From: an uncultured Lachnospiraceae bacterium
Lineage (GTDB): Bacteria > Bacillota > Clostridia > Christensenellales > UBA1242
Assembly: GCA_964521165.1 (NCBI GenBank)
Contig: CAZFRA010000001.1
Coordinates: forward strand, 60,822-124,821
Direction: 5' to 3'
Length of the DNA stretch: 64,000 nt
Positions within the stretch are counted from its first letter, which is position 1. Every line of letters starts with the position of its first letter. Both the position numbers and the translations under genes were made by a program. The notes under the pieces were generated by a model, which worked only from the letters and a program-made list of their open reading frames with translations, did no database searches and had not been told where the DNA came from. Shown here piece after piece: positions 30,901 through 37,144 of the stretch.

Positions 30901-31908
30901 TGCAAGCCCCAAACTTCCGTCAAAAACGGAAGAATTCATTGAAAGAGTGAAGTATGAGTCGACAATCGCATCAAATGAAGTTGCCGTGATTGAGAAACTC
31001 TTCACTGACGCTTCACGCACGGTTAAAGTGAGCGTGTTGCTTTGCTCATAGGTGTTAGGATTATTATCAATATATGTAAAGAAGGCTGCGTTGAGTTCTT
31101 GGAAGTTACCTTGAAGACTGGAATATTGTTCCAAAAAGTCTTCTTGATAACTCGCCGAAGTGAAGGAATAAACTGTGATTGTGTCGGTTGTGCTCGTAAA
31201 TGTCGACCTTGCTGTGAAAGTTTGAGTGTTATAATTAAAGTCAATATTATTGTTGGTCACAACATAGAATAACATCTTGCTTTCTTGTTCGTTGCTATAC
31301 ATCCATTCACTATTCGCTGGCGAGTAGTTCGCCTTAACCGCAAATTCGGTGCCAGCCACCACTTCATCACCAATTGCTGTCTGTTCCGCATCGCCAGTGT
31401 CGTAGATGTAAACATTTATTGATTCAACTGGCACATCAATCGCAATCGTTGTTGTGATTGGTGAAATCAAAGGATTTTCAGAGCTTGCGCGTAAGGTGGT
31501 TATACCGCCATTTATGTATTCCATTGCTAAATCTAAATTATATGATGTGGAGAGTTGAACAAGGAAAGGAGTGTTAAGTTGAACAGTTTGTGGAACTATG
31601 ATGACACCATTGTCAATATAACCATTCTCTGCTTGCGTTGTGCCGAGCGAGAGCGTTACTGTGGTTTCCGTTACGCCTTCTGTGGAAGTTGTTATGGTCA
31701 TATAAAAATCACTGGAAACTTCGAACATTCCCGCTTCCGCATTATATTCTTCCGTTTCAACAAAACTTATATCATCCGGCACGACCGTTTCATCAGGATT
31801 TCTAAAAATGTAAATGATAAAAGCGGTCACCCCCAAAAGACCGATGATGCCAGCGATTGTGATAAGAACAACTTTCCAAGTCGCAAGGACTCCCCTTCTT
31901 TTTTTCAT
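18904..31908 (-). CDS. Giant (4334 aa) N-terminally anchored surface protein, function unknown
   Basis: One uninterrupted 13,005-nt ORF with SD caaggggtaagtATG. N-terminal signal anchor MKKRRGVLATWKVVLITIAGIIGLLGVTAFIIYIF. Rich in T/S/N/Y/V/I/D/E with very few Cys. No LPXTG-type C-terminus. Confidence 0.9.
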   Translation of the reverse strand: MKKRRGVLATWKVVLITIAGIIGLLGVTAFIIYIFRNPDETVVPDDISFVETEEYNAEAGMFEVSSDFYMTITTSTEGVTETTVTLSLGTTQAENGYIDNGVIIVPQTVQLNTPFLVQLSTSYNLDLAMEYINGGITTLRASSENPLISPITTTIAIDVPVESINVYIYDTGDAEQTAIGDEVVAGTEFAVKANYSPANSEWMYSNEQESKMLFYVVTNNNIDFNYNTQTFTARSTFTSTTDTITVYSFTSASYQEDFLEQYSSLQGNFQELNAAFFTYIDNNPNTYEQSNTLTLTVREASVKSFSITATSFDAIVDSYFTLSMNSSVFDGSLGLAIYDDNYTNVNSRYAGMVGIAINSSDVEGLKIVGENVMQVVVTTNLDDTKSYVINQLTFDSSADYSVQVNENVTTYYFILPNTSTASNAMNYNFRLASSQVNNVEFLVALFVEDSSGGYEIFYNDNSTFETLPTFTINFRASEDNNVSWSDNSTITLVYDSDNGQADSIDLSDDIVIPSINTYRTVRYFLYSQSGGTLNNLENAFQYTSSVTYLSSELSGLSLNSGVEEVTLYEVSSILTPLGDYNEEVYVIFATVKTDADGNVYTDDGKYSFVQISPSRLLEVDATIPFNNLTSSISMVSVISGQFNYENEIYLPSIFYSTGTSSDSVELTITFDNSASGSVTVDEIQNLYNAGLNVQEDSTSAYIQVQFRDQNNSISEVLEIDNTSMTFTSSGTTIQATASVSVSSNFYDYDGKEFTAWIVYYNGREFQEKEIEVSYETLTANKFTVYTQVATEGVYAFDYNQAGYSSDDIIYVTINSSGETTITWGSSANIIGSLEDLSELLEVVIIDQIGKVIYSNAASYTLMEETGNNYININSYNQITSFNSTNGETEDSSVYATIRSNYAESIYTSEIYFSIKCYGITNVQYDANDMSLVSSDTSPEYVDADNFGVISVQKYVGTSNTIIRLSNLLRVYVGEDTNSSAEMSGLTFKLQDSYLYQSLTEVQRDSLFSLDESNIRMITLYSSYADNSGQLVAYNADSTIEAIQINTIFAYDTDLVFTVTDANGIVNIQLTLTIKGSITYSNYLNAYSDQYSEYLTYGSDENRDRYMVFGDDELDLNEYLPLAFTFTAEGTTPTWTSNNTYLYIQDVQITGQTGTVYLVTDNTTAKLHFSDVKVLTTVDVTIYFQRVNTFAFSYTIGFVINPNYIIVENTQNVDLYGADGIVGDGNETPTMAGLTNYYNLYKATSYISYIESVSADSLTDVFSSAELTFLNNSGLLAVNDSFNLYQQSSYNGNLGERISDTITLQTTSSDNALTNVQFLYKSSNGEISQLVSDLHFEVGYADSAESVLGLIFETDDKYTVLKNGDDYILILLEYQTYNIDNGWGCTATGTITFSNATLVVGQLSAFNEEASAIFSTIISGSITNSISVQIRLTKVSLNFVEYENDYDFYSIVLDETTEDAINNFLNNMVEEGIYDTYIAGETYQVVYTDSVDGIAGENEYGFHYQSSSTISRELAVLSVTEGYRDLITYDNISGTITLKNFADTGEDVYAVLTLTLTYFNNSNQTTYTLYYRIKIEPNYQINEPTYPYNASGEYYTDTVFVVDFEEEFTSENASSSAIGETRFSTPELIRGENNSAVLSAVYSIYEVTVGGEVVYSYDGDTYIYTYTHSALTLQLNSGVLSVEILNSDAQISIKIAKTYYVNDVVMISSTRIYSVIYNGEDVPTYRYTVSYNNEEIANYTGQYIDIETSVTIGEIYTYDITLQRVTNSIYTPDTGAYTHITSSKEDYENYFYQIIKLNDGDTLDVLEYNEGDQIYESNGETASFLDDPNAAAVGVTAFESGVYRIGKEFVIVKDEYTLNSVSGIVVQYTINDSVYYFFLEDGSYSYFDFSIIGNGEYQLTFATKDQISEDGYFSFGIYTSYLNIFDIIFNFDAGYEVTYATDNLTFASGNEYGIDNFIEYINKDNDEVLSEFVFSLANTNSDAVKNKVMIGTDVSNNPTFNIAYSTEDFEVEILAEHKVDNVTVYSFTFTLTFTATTVFSASNVIIYNDSNTYYSGNTIILELKEGESVYDAIKTVFNFSGVYDKITFAGGSTTETISLDNVGSVQNDQKDFEIEYRFNNVVIFTFTLRYNYEITPNVEVVANYPDVYTTNESNEQVQLQVEYVDDGATFVDFFNSQASFTKSETGNRFEIKKTDESNENSYSYSYALEINSINNVSVLFNTTTYEETTSLDSGTCTVDNNGNILIGSYNITFTLTSKSTSGTVVFRLVVNTYEVYYTVEVSNSDVVSVQTNSVTRTEDYEEIFVEDVATYNDNTLFAYGRMLKYNLYSTASASSYFLRFDSTDVGNNGSPLIIEVTNSSVNTDVVVDLGESYEGYEFTGVYLTQTAANSQTDAQDVNTIFAYTPIITNRIVLLYNGNEVDNSVARIKLETRENSTISYTIKSGAILESVYYLRFENESGTSFILAHSFSTSGEQTDDLGLNLDGYTYKGTYTSLGNAQNENNPVDDDLFDSSLQLNNPTTSERKDVEDVEFSATQVNVTTQYNVYYVLTKDENEIATGYSYRVRFGVRFEVTSSATDSYQTITAGSEFSLLANASSLGILDAKTNSALTSSDISAARTLTLDVYGFGDVAISNDGDSLSQEAYAIHNQLISEGYSTGINPRYNSELNNGLVSGGSQTSNYVVIQASDTYGANWTITAQGASVDGNFILVRITYTTFFDADRTNAVTVSANLRFKIEANYEIRFKTNSDTTGANYINGTEDDITIDGETVSAITNIDSPYSITSDSNRSGSTHYLYASSNSDVDPIWQALQNSINVAYMFSYTFTSYTSGEYNTDFDNVFAGLLGTDGWSVNDSDTVYTYASVNSTASVTITTNTVALGERYYYIDAIDNFGYRIRLYFTIEANINPVIVSGTTNVYQGDNGEIGAQYYSITFASGTLTGAYELDDSGNTTENTYGAFAYDYSYTIELTEATDNYGVTIENTKGDDDVITNFDIVYAYNANNGSEIVTYATKNADLLKDKEITEYYVYLKYKENEGDLYDENISMVFALYVNGTFYSPNGSSRILSDEPNYDSSTSLTITLGGIDANIYNGYTIIPAVTEDAFLSDDYDENYESEIQRIKIESVTFEIDGVVVGEAEYGSTGSGNNYVPIVTTGSASEGAYVYDSSNTDILSETTQPGSTETTFKIPYFSGVYFGESNTIDVVMVIKLILDEDESSTAELRHNLTIHKTTQGTLQTTSYLDTDTISIDSFAVGDDDVDVYNDTLEIELSAGGSLEYAIVVYGQTPEDSDYITLTNTNTYDHRTLIRISEVANHLDEDNKLITNYTLHIRNISEGTKYTAYYGDRNNSITNIDTDGSIIGYSANSLDITISEFTTTNLADGTNTITFNIEDVSEIGASTNSAMRTFYTIVGINYDSSVSSGGSQSGSSGASGETSGTQYYQQVETVDIYPVVSQISATVSGATYYVVDNYYRVETNGDEYFVISPTGWGNDSYLTYQDALDSNSGNYTISSTPYVFTYSIQANAIIDNMGVITTNLGFNVSSTTITVDIGVKVSGMDGLFNGSTGYNVITTNLTFVLSEDTYNTSKESSAIIEVTGETAGVYAFGSGVASTLIVLNSGDKVYACGSANASSYNKIYPSGSEVDSAGDYLIAQDGTFVFSEMFTATSYAYDDSDNLVFTSNNGFRIIQKDDSDSSYLTHGNLDSYEYGTAGVYTSLFVESYRVGSEIKYRVFTAKVIVYNSSSPTEYSAEYTTNSDITTTSFEKESDSDSYKLTLVGSDDNNQTLSGTFYDLSTGRKVVESGAGVDEIDFETLLQASTSGIRTISLIVVNGNDVRFIRVNFYVYETETTIQEYEIGWAYATTYTLSNLFGSGTFYQIENNVSSTIQTENYNTTFNNVQVEYYYVWNGSTLVKYKVTFKLYNSSSSSSLITWVESDDSSETYRSEGIDLLDLFGYSENGYTYTVYVIGTNNVLSKVSDNKSYIVEESYDWASAERSFLIEITSGSTSTFVRRNVTFYKYADEVNVNAITVYNSTFLLSNLNSIIIDELELSSGTEIRWFKFDTSTGILSSITLISVLDGTVDDNTGLYADNENFYVLIGTSYYKVNLKLYGVPQSASSIQVFVANDNIDNSFENLAIGDIILYTFDNQGNFATQNDSYVTISLFSYLQNQLGITLPETATQVLYTNSGYAFNATEVTEIDLSNGILQGSYIYSYSYEENDVDYAGYYFFNLLFIVPSETVTNSNFYLTSSVAGSTFDLNTIASRVSSIVSGTIVTPIVFYSYDESEEEYSVITDNSLDLSGITETNGYFVQSVYVQTNINSQLEYVEFVLILENSQSA

Positions 31909-31943
31909 ACTTACCCCTTGAATTTGTTAAATCTAACAAAACA

Positions 31944-31972
31944 ATTATACATTTTTTTTGTAGTTTTCGCAA
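31944..31972 (-). promoter_or_regulatory. Candidate promoter of the giant gene
   Basis: Minus strand: TTGCGA (31972-31967), a 17-nt spacer, then TATAAT (31949-31944). Confidence 0.5.
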
Positions 31973-32081
31973 ACAAATAAAAGAATATTTATAAAATAAA
32001 TAAAAATATTTTTTTATCTCCAATGGAAACAATTAAAAAATGAAAGCAAAAAATCACAAAAGTTTATTTATCACTATTTTC

Positions 32082-32110
32082 TTGACAAAGAAGGTTTTTA
32101 TCGGTATAAT
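32082..32110 (+). promoter_or_regulatory. Consensus sigma-70-type promoter of the ABC-F gene
   Basis: TTGACA (32082-32087), a 17-nt spacer, then TATAAT (32105-32110). Implies a 5' UTR of about 130 nt. Confidence 0.7.
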
Positions 32111-32248
32111 ATTTGAGGAAAATAAAAAATTAAAAAAATATGGCGTAAAAATGTAAAAAATCGTATTTTTTTGAATTTTTTTTGATTTTTTTAATAATTT
32201 TTGATATTTTTTTGATTTTTTGATATTTTTTAAAAAAGGAGAAAGATA

Positions 32249-33823
32249 ATGATTCAAACCTCAAATGTGTCGTTGGCTTTTGGCGGAAGAGTGCTATATA
32301 AAGAAGTTAATTTGAAATTTACAAAAGAAAATTGTTATGGCATCATTGGTGCAAATGGCGCAGGAAAATCCACTTTTCTTAAAATTTTGACAGGCGAAAT
32401 TGAGCCAAACACCGGTGAAGTTATCATCACACCTGGTGAAAGAATGTCGGTTTTGGAGCAAAATCAAAATAAATATGACAACGAAACCGTTTTGGATACC
32501 GTTCTGCTTGGACATAAAAGACTTATGGAAATCCAAAAAGAAAAGGATGCGCTTTATGCAAAAGAAAATTTCACTGATGAAGATGGCATACGTGCCGGCG
32601 AACTTGAAACCGAATTTGCCGAACTTGGCGGTTGGGAAGCCGATAGCAACGCGAAAAGTTTGCTGCAAAGTATGAATATTGGCGAAGAAGATTACTATAA
32701 ACTTATGAGTGAATTAGATGCAAAAGTTAAGGTGAAAGTGCTTTTGGCACAGGCACTTTTCGGCAATCCTGATATCCTTATTTTAGATGAACCGACAAAC
32801 AATTTGGACTTTAAAACGGTTAGGTGGTTGGAAGAATTTTTGCTTAACTTTGAAAATATCGTTATCATCGTGTCGCACAACCGCCACTTTTTAAATAAGG
32901 TTTGCACGCATATTTGTGATGTAGACTATGGAAAAATTAATATGTTTTTAGGAAATTACGACTTTTGGTATGAAACAAGTCAACTTCTTTTAAGACAACA
33001 AAAAGACCAAAACAAAAAGGCAGAACAGCGTGCCAAAGAACTTAAAGAATTTATCGCTCGTTTCTCTGCAAACGCTTCCAAGTCTAAACAAGCAACTTCT
33101 CGTAAGCGCGAACTCGAAAAACTTACTCTTGACGATTTGAAACCATCATCGAGAAAGTATCCGTATGTCGACTTCAAATTTGAGCAACAAATCGGCAAGG
33201 AAATTTTGAAAGTGGATAAGTTGACAAAGAAAGGTATGTTTAAAAATCTATCTTTCAATGTCGAACCTAACCAAAAAATCTTGTTTTTATCATCTAATTC
33301 TTTGGTTTTAACCACACTTTTCAATATTATTGCCGGCAAAGAACAAGCGGATAGCGGAAGTGTACAGTTCGGCAAAACGATAAAACCGTCTTATCTTCCA
33401 CAAGATAACCGCGAGTTTTTTGAAGGTTGTCACCTTTCGGTTGTTGATTGGCTTCGACAATATTCGAAAGATAAAACCGAAAGTTATGTTCGTGGCTGGC
33501 TTGGAAGAATGCTATTTTCCGGCGAAGAGAGTTTAAAAGAAGTTAGTGTGCTTTCTGGTGGCGAAAAAGTGAGATGTATGCTCGCAAAACTTATGCTTGA
33601 AGGTGGAAACTTACTTATTTTAGACGAACCTATCAACCACTTAGACCTTGAAAGTATCACTTCACTCAACAAAGGACTCGTGAATTTTAAAGGACCAATT
33701 CTTTTCACCACCGCCGACCAAGAAATTATCGAAACAGTGGCAACTCGTATCATCGATATCGTGGACGAAAACACAATTATTGACAAAGAAATGTCGTATG
33801 AAGAATATATGTTGTCAAAATAA
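32249..33823 (+). CDS. ABC-F family ATPase (YdiF/YbiT-like, no TM domain)
   Basis: 524 aa with an AAGGAGA SD. It is collinear with B. subtilis YdiF as I recall it: GANGAGKSTFLKILTGEIEP, LLAQALFGNPDILILDEPTN, linker ARFSANASKSKQATSRKRELEKL, second cassette LSGGEKVRCMLA..LILDEPINHLD. Confidence 0.9.
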   Translation: MIQTSNVSLAFGGRVLYKEVNLKFTKENCYGIIGANGAGKSTFLKILTGEIEPNTGEVIITPGERMSVLEQNQNKYDNETVLDTVLLGHKRLMEIQKEKDALYAKENFTDEDGIRAGELETEFAELGGWEADSNAKSLLQSMNIGEEDYYKLMSELDAKVKVKVLLAQALFGNPDILILDEPTNNLDFKTVRWLEEFLLNFENIVIIVSHNRHFLNKVCTHICDVDYGKINMFLGNYDFWYETSQLLLRQQKDQNKKAEQRAKELKEFIARFSANASKSKQATSRKRELEKLTLDDLKPSSRKYPYVDFKFEQQIGKEILKVDKLTKKGMFKNLSFNVEPNQKILFLSSNSLVLTTLFNIIAGKEQADSGSVQFGKTIKPSYLPQDNREFFEGCHLSVVDWLRQYSKDKTESYVRGWLGRMLFSGEESLKEVSVLSGGEKVRCMLAKLMLEGGNLLILDEPINHLDLESITSLNKGLVNFKGPILFTTADQEIIETVATRIIDIVDENTIIDKEMSYEEYMLSK

Positions 33824-33939
33824 TTAAAAATCAAAATGTTATTAAAAACTATCAAAAAATATAAAAAACACGTAAAAATGCGCAATAAATTGCAAAAAAA
33901 TGTTATAAAAATACATTTTTGATTAAAAAAAGGAAAAAT

Positions 33940-34749
33940 ATGAAAAATAAACTTAAAGGAAAAGTTGCTATCATCACTGGTGGAAATAGCGGAATTGGAT
34001 TTGCAATTTCAAAAAGATTAGCAAAAAACGGCATAAAGATATACAATATCTCACGTTCACCAGACAATAAAAAAGAAGAATTTGCCGGAAGTTATGCGTG
34101 CAATGTCAATGACACCGAAAACGTGGCAAAGATTGTTGAAGAAATTTTTAAAAAGGAAGGGAAAATCGACATTTTCGTCAACAACGCCGGTTTTGGAACT
34201 GCAGGCGCAATCGAAAATTCAAATCGCGACAATATATACAAACTGGTCGACACAAACCTTTCTGCTGTTATCGCACTTTCTTCAGTCGTTATTCCATATC
34301 TGAAAAAATCGAAAGGAAATATTATCAACATATCGTCTGTTGGCGGCGTTATCCCTCTTCCTTTCCAAGCAACTTACAGTGCCACAAAAGCGGGTGTGGA
34401 AATTTTCTCGCGTGCACTTGCCAATGAAGTTAAACCTTTCAAAATCAAGGTTACCGCCATTCTTCCCGGCGACACAAAAACAGAATTTACCAAAAATCGC
34501 ATTATAGAAAATGACGAAAATGATGAGAAATATCGAAAAACGGTGGAAAAATCTATTAAAAAAATGGAAAAAGAAGAACAAACAGGGAAAAGTCCCGACA
34601 CCGTGGCAAAAGTTGTGGTAAAAGTACTGAAAAAGAAAAATCCGCCTATTCGCAAAACAGTTGGACTAACATACAAACTAATCGTTTTCCTTTCAAGGAT
34701 TTTGCCAACAAAATTAGTTAATTTTATTGTCAAAAAAATATATTGTTAA
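33940..34749 (+). CDS. Short-chain dehydrogenase/reductase
   Basis: The track starts at TTG 33919. ATG 33940 has SD aaaggaaaaatATG. Motifs TGGNSGIG, NNAG and YSATKAGVE. Confidence 0.85.
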   Translation: MKNKLKGKVAIITGGNSGIGFAISKRLAKNGIKIYNISRSPDNKKEEFAGSYACNVNDTENVAKIVEEIFKKEGKIDIFVNNAGFGTAGAIENSNRDNIYKLVDTNLSAVIALSSVVIPYLKKSKGNIINISSVGGVIPLPFQATYSATKAGVEIFSRALANEVKPFKIKVTAILPGDTKTEFTKNRIIENDENDEKYRKTVEKSIKKMEKEEQTGKSPDTVAKVVVKVLKKKNPPIRKTVGLTYKLIVFLSRILPTKLVNFIVKKIYC

Positions 34750-34780
34750 ATTTTTTTAAAAAATAATAAATTAAATATAA

Positions 34781-34870
34781 TAAAAAATAATTAAAATTTA
34801 GTAAAAAAAATAAAAAAATAATTAAAATTTAGTAAAAAAATAAAAAAACAATTAAAATTTAGTAAAAAAT
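34781..34870. repeat. 30-bp AT-rich tandem repeat, 3 copies
   Basis: TAAAAAA(T/C)AATTAAAATTTAGTAAAAAAA at 34781-34810, 34811-34840 and 34841-34870. Confidence 0.85.
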
Positions 34871-34914
34871 ACTAAAATATTAAGAAAAAACTTTATGAAT
34901 ATTTAAAATTAAAA

Positions 34915-34957
34915 AATAAAAAAAGATAACATAAACAAATATGTTATCTTTTTTTTA
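34915..34957. terminator. Bidirectional terminator between the SDR gene and glyQS
   Basis: AGATAACAT-aaacaaat-ATGTTATCT flanked by an A-run and a T-run. Confidence 0.75.
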
Positions 34958-34966
34958 ATATTTTCT

Positions 34967-36337
34967 TTAAAATTTAATGGCTTTTTTAATATATGGAACA
35001 AGTTCTTGAATTGGAAGGCGAATTTGTTCCATTGTATCCCTGTCACGCACTGTCACAGTTTCGTCTTCAAGCGTATCAAAATCAATTGTAACACAGAAAG
35101 GTGTGCCGATTTCGTCTTGACGACGATAGCGCTTGCCAATAGACCCTGCTTCGTCATAATCACACATAAATTCTTTTGATAGAAGTGCATAGACTTCTTT
35201 TGCTTTTTCGCTTAAATTCTTTTGGAGTGGTAAAACCGCAACTTTAAACGGCGCCAAAAATGGTTTAAAGTGCATCACCACTCTCATTTCACCATTTTCC
35301 AATTTCTCTTCATCATACGCTTCACTCATTATGGCAAGTGTCAACCTGTCAGCGCCGATAGAATACTCAATCACATTTGGTGTATATTTTTCATTGGTAT
35401 ATGGGTCAAGATAGTCCATATTTTTGCCACTAAATTCGGAGTGACGCGACAAATCCCAATCGCCTCTATGATGAATTCCGTTTAATTCTTGCCAACCAAT
35501 TGGAAAGTTATATTGAATATCGCACGCCGCTTTGGCATAATGTGCAAGTTTTTCGTGGTCGTGAAAACGCAAATTCTTCGCCGATAAACCCAAATCCTCC
35601 ACAAATTTTACCGCTTTTTCTCTATATTTGTTGTAAAATTCCATAGATTCATTCGGATGACAAAACATTTGCAATTCCATTTGCTCAAACTCAACAGTTC
35701 TAAAAAGGAAATTGCCCGGGGTTATTTCATTTCTAAAAGATTTTCCAATTTGTGCAATCGCAAAAGGCAATTTCGCTCGCATTGTGCGCTGCACATTCAA
35801 AAAGTTGACATATTCACCTTGGCAAGTTTCTGGACGAAGATAAACAACATCTTTTTCACCTTCAACTGTTCCACGACTGGTTTCAAACATAAGTTTGAAT
35901 TGACGAACAGGAGTCCAATTAAAATTCCCGCAATGTGGACATTTAACTTTATGTTCGTTAATAAAATCTTCCATTTCTTTTGTTGACATTCGCTCAACAT
36001 CGACATCTTTAAATTTTTCTTCAATTATATTATCCGCACGAAAACGAAACTTACAAGACTTGCAATCAAGTTGCGGGTCAGAAAAACTTTGAACGTGTCC
36101 ACTTGCTTCCCAAACTCTTGGATTCATAAGAATGGCAGCATCCACACCATAAGACGAAGGGTCTTCTTGAACAAATTTTTTCCACCACGCTTTTTTCACA
36201 TTGTTTTTAAGTTCCACGCCCACAGGACCAAAATCCCAAGTGTTTGCAAAACCGCCATAAATTTCGCTTCCTTGAAAAACAAAACCACGCGATTTGCAAA
36301 GATTAACAAGTTTGTCCATAGTTAAATTTTTGTTCAT
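34967..36337 (-). CDS. glyQS: Glycine--tRNA ligase (homodimeric alpha2 type)
   Basis: 456 aa with an AAGGAGAG SD. N-terminus LVNLCKSRGFVFQGSEIYGGFANTWDFGPVG. Preceded by a Gly-specific T-box. Confidence 0.9.
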   Translation of the reverse strand: MNKNLTMDKLVNLCKSRGFVFQGSEIYGGFANTWDFGPVGVELKNNVKKAWWKKFVQEDPSSYGVDAAILMNPRVWEASGHVQSFSDPQLDCKSCKFRFRADNIIEEKFKDVDVERMSTKEMEDFINEHKVKCPHCGNFNWTPVRQFKLMFETSRGTVEGEKDVVYLRPETCQGEYVNFLNVQRTMRAKLPFAIAQIGKSFRNEITPGNFLFRTVEFEQMELQMFCHPNESMEFYNKYREKAVKFVEDLGLSAKNLRFHDHEKLAHYAKAACDIQYNFPIGWQELNGIHHRGDWDLSRHSEFSGKNMDYLDPYTNEKYTPNVIEYSIGADRLTLAIMSEAYDEEKLENGEMRVVMHFKPFLAPFKVAVLPLQKNLSEKAKEVYALLSKEFMCDYDEAGSIGKRYRRQDEIGTPFCVTIDFDTLEDETVTVRDRDTMEQIRLPIQELVPYIKKAIKF

Positions 36338-36367
36338 AAAACTCTCCTTTTTGCATAGGAATTATAT

Positions 36368-36522
36368 AAAAAAACCCTATGCAGATAAACTCGCATAGGG
36401 GCGACATAAAAACCGCGGTTCCACCCTACTTCGCAAAAAATTTGCCTTCATTTTCGCCGATTTCGTTGACGCACCGTCTGACTCCGAAGTTGCCAATTTC
36501 ATCACCGCCAGAATATAATTAC
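36368..36522 (-). promoter_or_regulatory. T-box riboswitch, specifier GGC (Gly)
   Basis: Minus strand: K-turn GGTGATGA, specifier loop GAA-GGC-A (GGC at 36446-36444), T-box AGTAGGGTGGAACCGCGG (36430-36413), terminator CCCTATGC..GCATAGGG followed by T7 (36400-36368). Confidence 0.85.
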
Positions 36523-36528
36523 ACTAAC

Positions 36529-36557
36529 ATTATATTCTTTTGGCATAAATTTGTCAA
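36529..36557 (-). promoter_or_regulatory. Consensus promoter of the glyQS leader
   Basis: Minus strand: TTGACA (36557-36552), a 17-nt spacer, then TATAAT (36534-36529). Confidence 0.7.
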
Positions 36558-36599
36558 GAAAAAATATAAGAAAAAATATAAAATAAATTTATAAAACTA

Positions 36600-36628
36600 T
36601 TGAAAAATAAAATCAAATGATATATAAT
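36600..36628 (+). promoter_or_regulatory. Promoter of 36657-37070
   Basis: TTGAAA (36600-36605), a 17-nt spacer, then TATAAT (36623-36628). Confidence 0.6.
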
Positions 36629-36656
36629 ATTATCATCTTAAAAGGTAGGTAAGAGA

Positions 36657-37070
36657 ATGTCGACAAACAATTATATTAAAAAAATTATAAGATTGGCGAA
36701 AAATACTGATAATCCGGAACTTAAAAAATTTGCAAATGATATTATTGAATGTTTTAAAAACTTCTCTTTTGGAGAAGAAAATAATTCCGTGAAAATGCAC
36801 GGCAATGCCCATTCTTACAAAGTTGTTAACCTTTCAATTAACGAAACTTCGAAAGATAAAACCGTGACAATTTCTGAAGTTGAAAAGTCTTTAAATCTCA
36901 ATTTTAGAATCGGCAAAAAAATGCTTGTTATGAACAATGGCAATAGTTTCTTCTATATGAAAGTGCCAAATGGATGCCGCTGTTTTAAAGTTAAACCAAA
37001 CGGCAAAACGCAAGAATGTTCTTTTAATAGTATCACGAATAAAAACCCAGAAAAAAATATCGACCGCTAA
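36657..37070 (+). CDS. Hypothetical protein
   Basis: 137 aa with its own promoter, an SD (aaaggtaggtaagaga) and a terminator. No recognisable motif. Confidence 0.6.
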   Translation: MSTNNYIKKIIRLAKNTDNPELKKFANDIIECFKNFSFGEENNSVKMHGNAHSYKVVNLSINETSKDKTVTISEVEKSLNLNFRIGKKMLVMNNGNSFFYMKVPNGCRCFKVKPNGKTQECSFNSITNKNPEKNIDR

Positions 37071-37097
37071 TTTTAAAACAAAAAACTATATTTAAAA

Positions 37098-37133
37098 ACA
37101 AAAAAACAGAGGGTTTTCACTCTCTGTTTTTTT
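37098..37133. terminator. Bidirectional terminator
   Basis: ACAGAG-ggttttcact-CTCTGT flanked by an A-run and a T-run. Confidence 0.65.
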
Positions 37134-37144
37134 ATTTCCTTCAA

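Noticed and set aside
18904-31908. About 20 short ORFs on either strand inside the giant gene, and similar shadow ORFs inside nrdD, the T4CP, the ABC exporter, gatAB and others
   Set aside because: They are nested within or antisense to long ORFs with clear motifs. This is typical of shadow ORFs in AT-rich DNA, and no independent SD or promoter signals were seen.
32140-32156. Mini-ORFs ATG-GCG-TAA and ATG-TAA in the ABC-F leader as possible attenuation leader peptides
   Set aside because: The nearest SD-like GAGGAA lies about 20 nt upstream of the first ATG, which is too far. The YdiF/YbiT class is not the antibiotic-resistance ARE class usually controlled this way.
32054-32257. 67-aa Lys-rich minus-strand ORF in the ABC-F upstream region
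   Set aside because: It is the reverse complement of the T-tract leader, so it translates as poly-Lys/Phe low complexity. It also overlaps the consensus promoter.
34781-34870. CRISPR-like array
   Set aside because: The units are contiguous with no spacers, are pure A/T, and number only three. No cas genes are present in the window.
36379-36594. 71-aa plus-strand ORF upstream of glyQS
   Set aside because: It is antisense to a well-formed T-box leader and its promoter.
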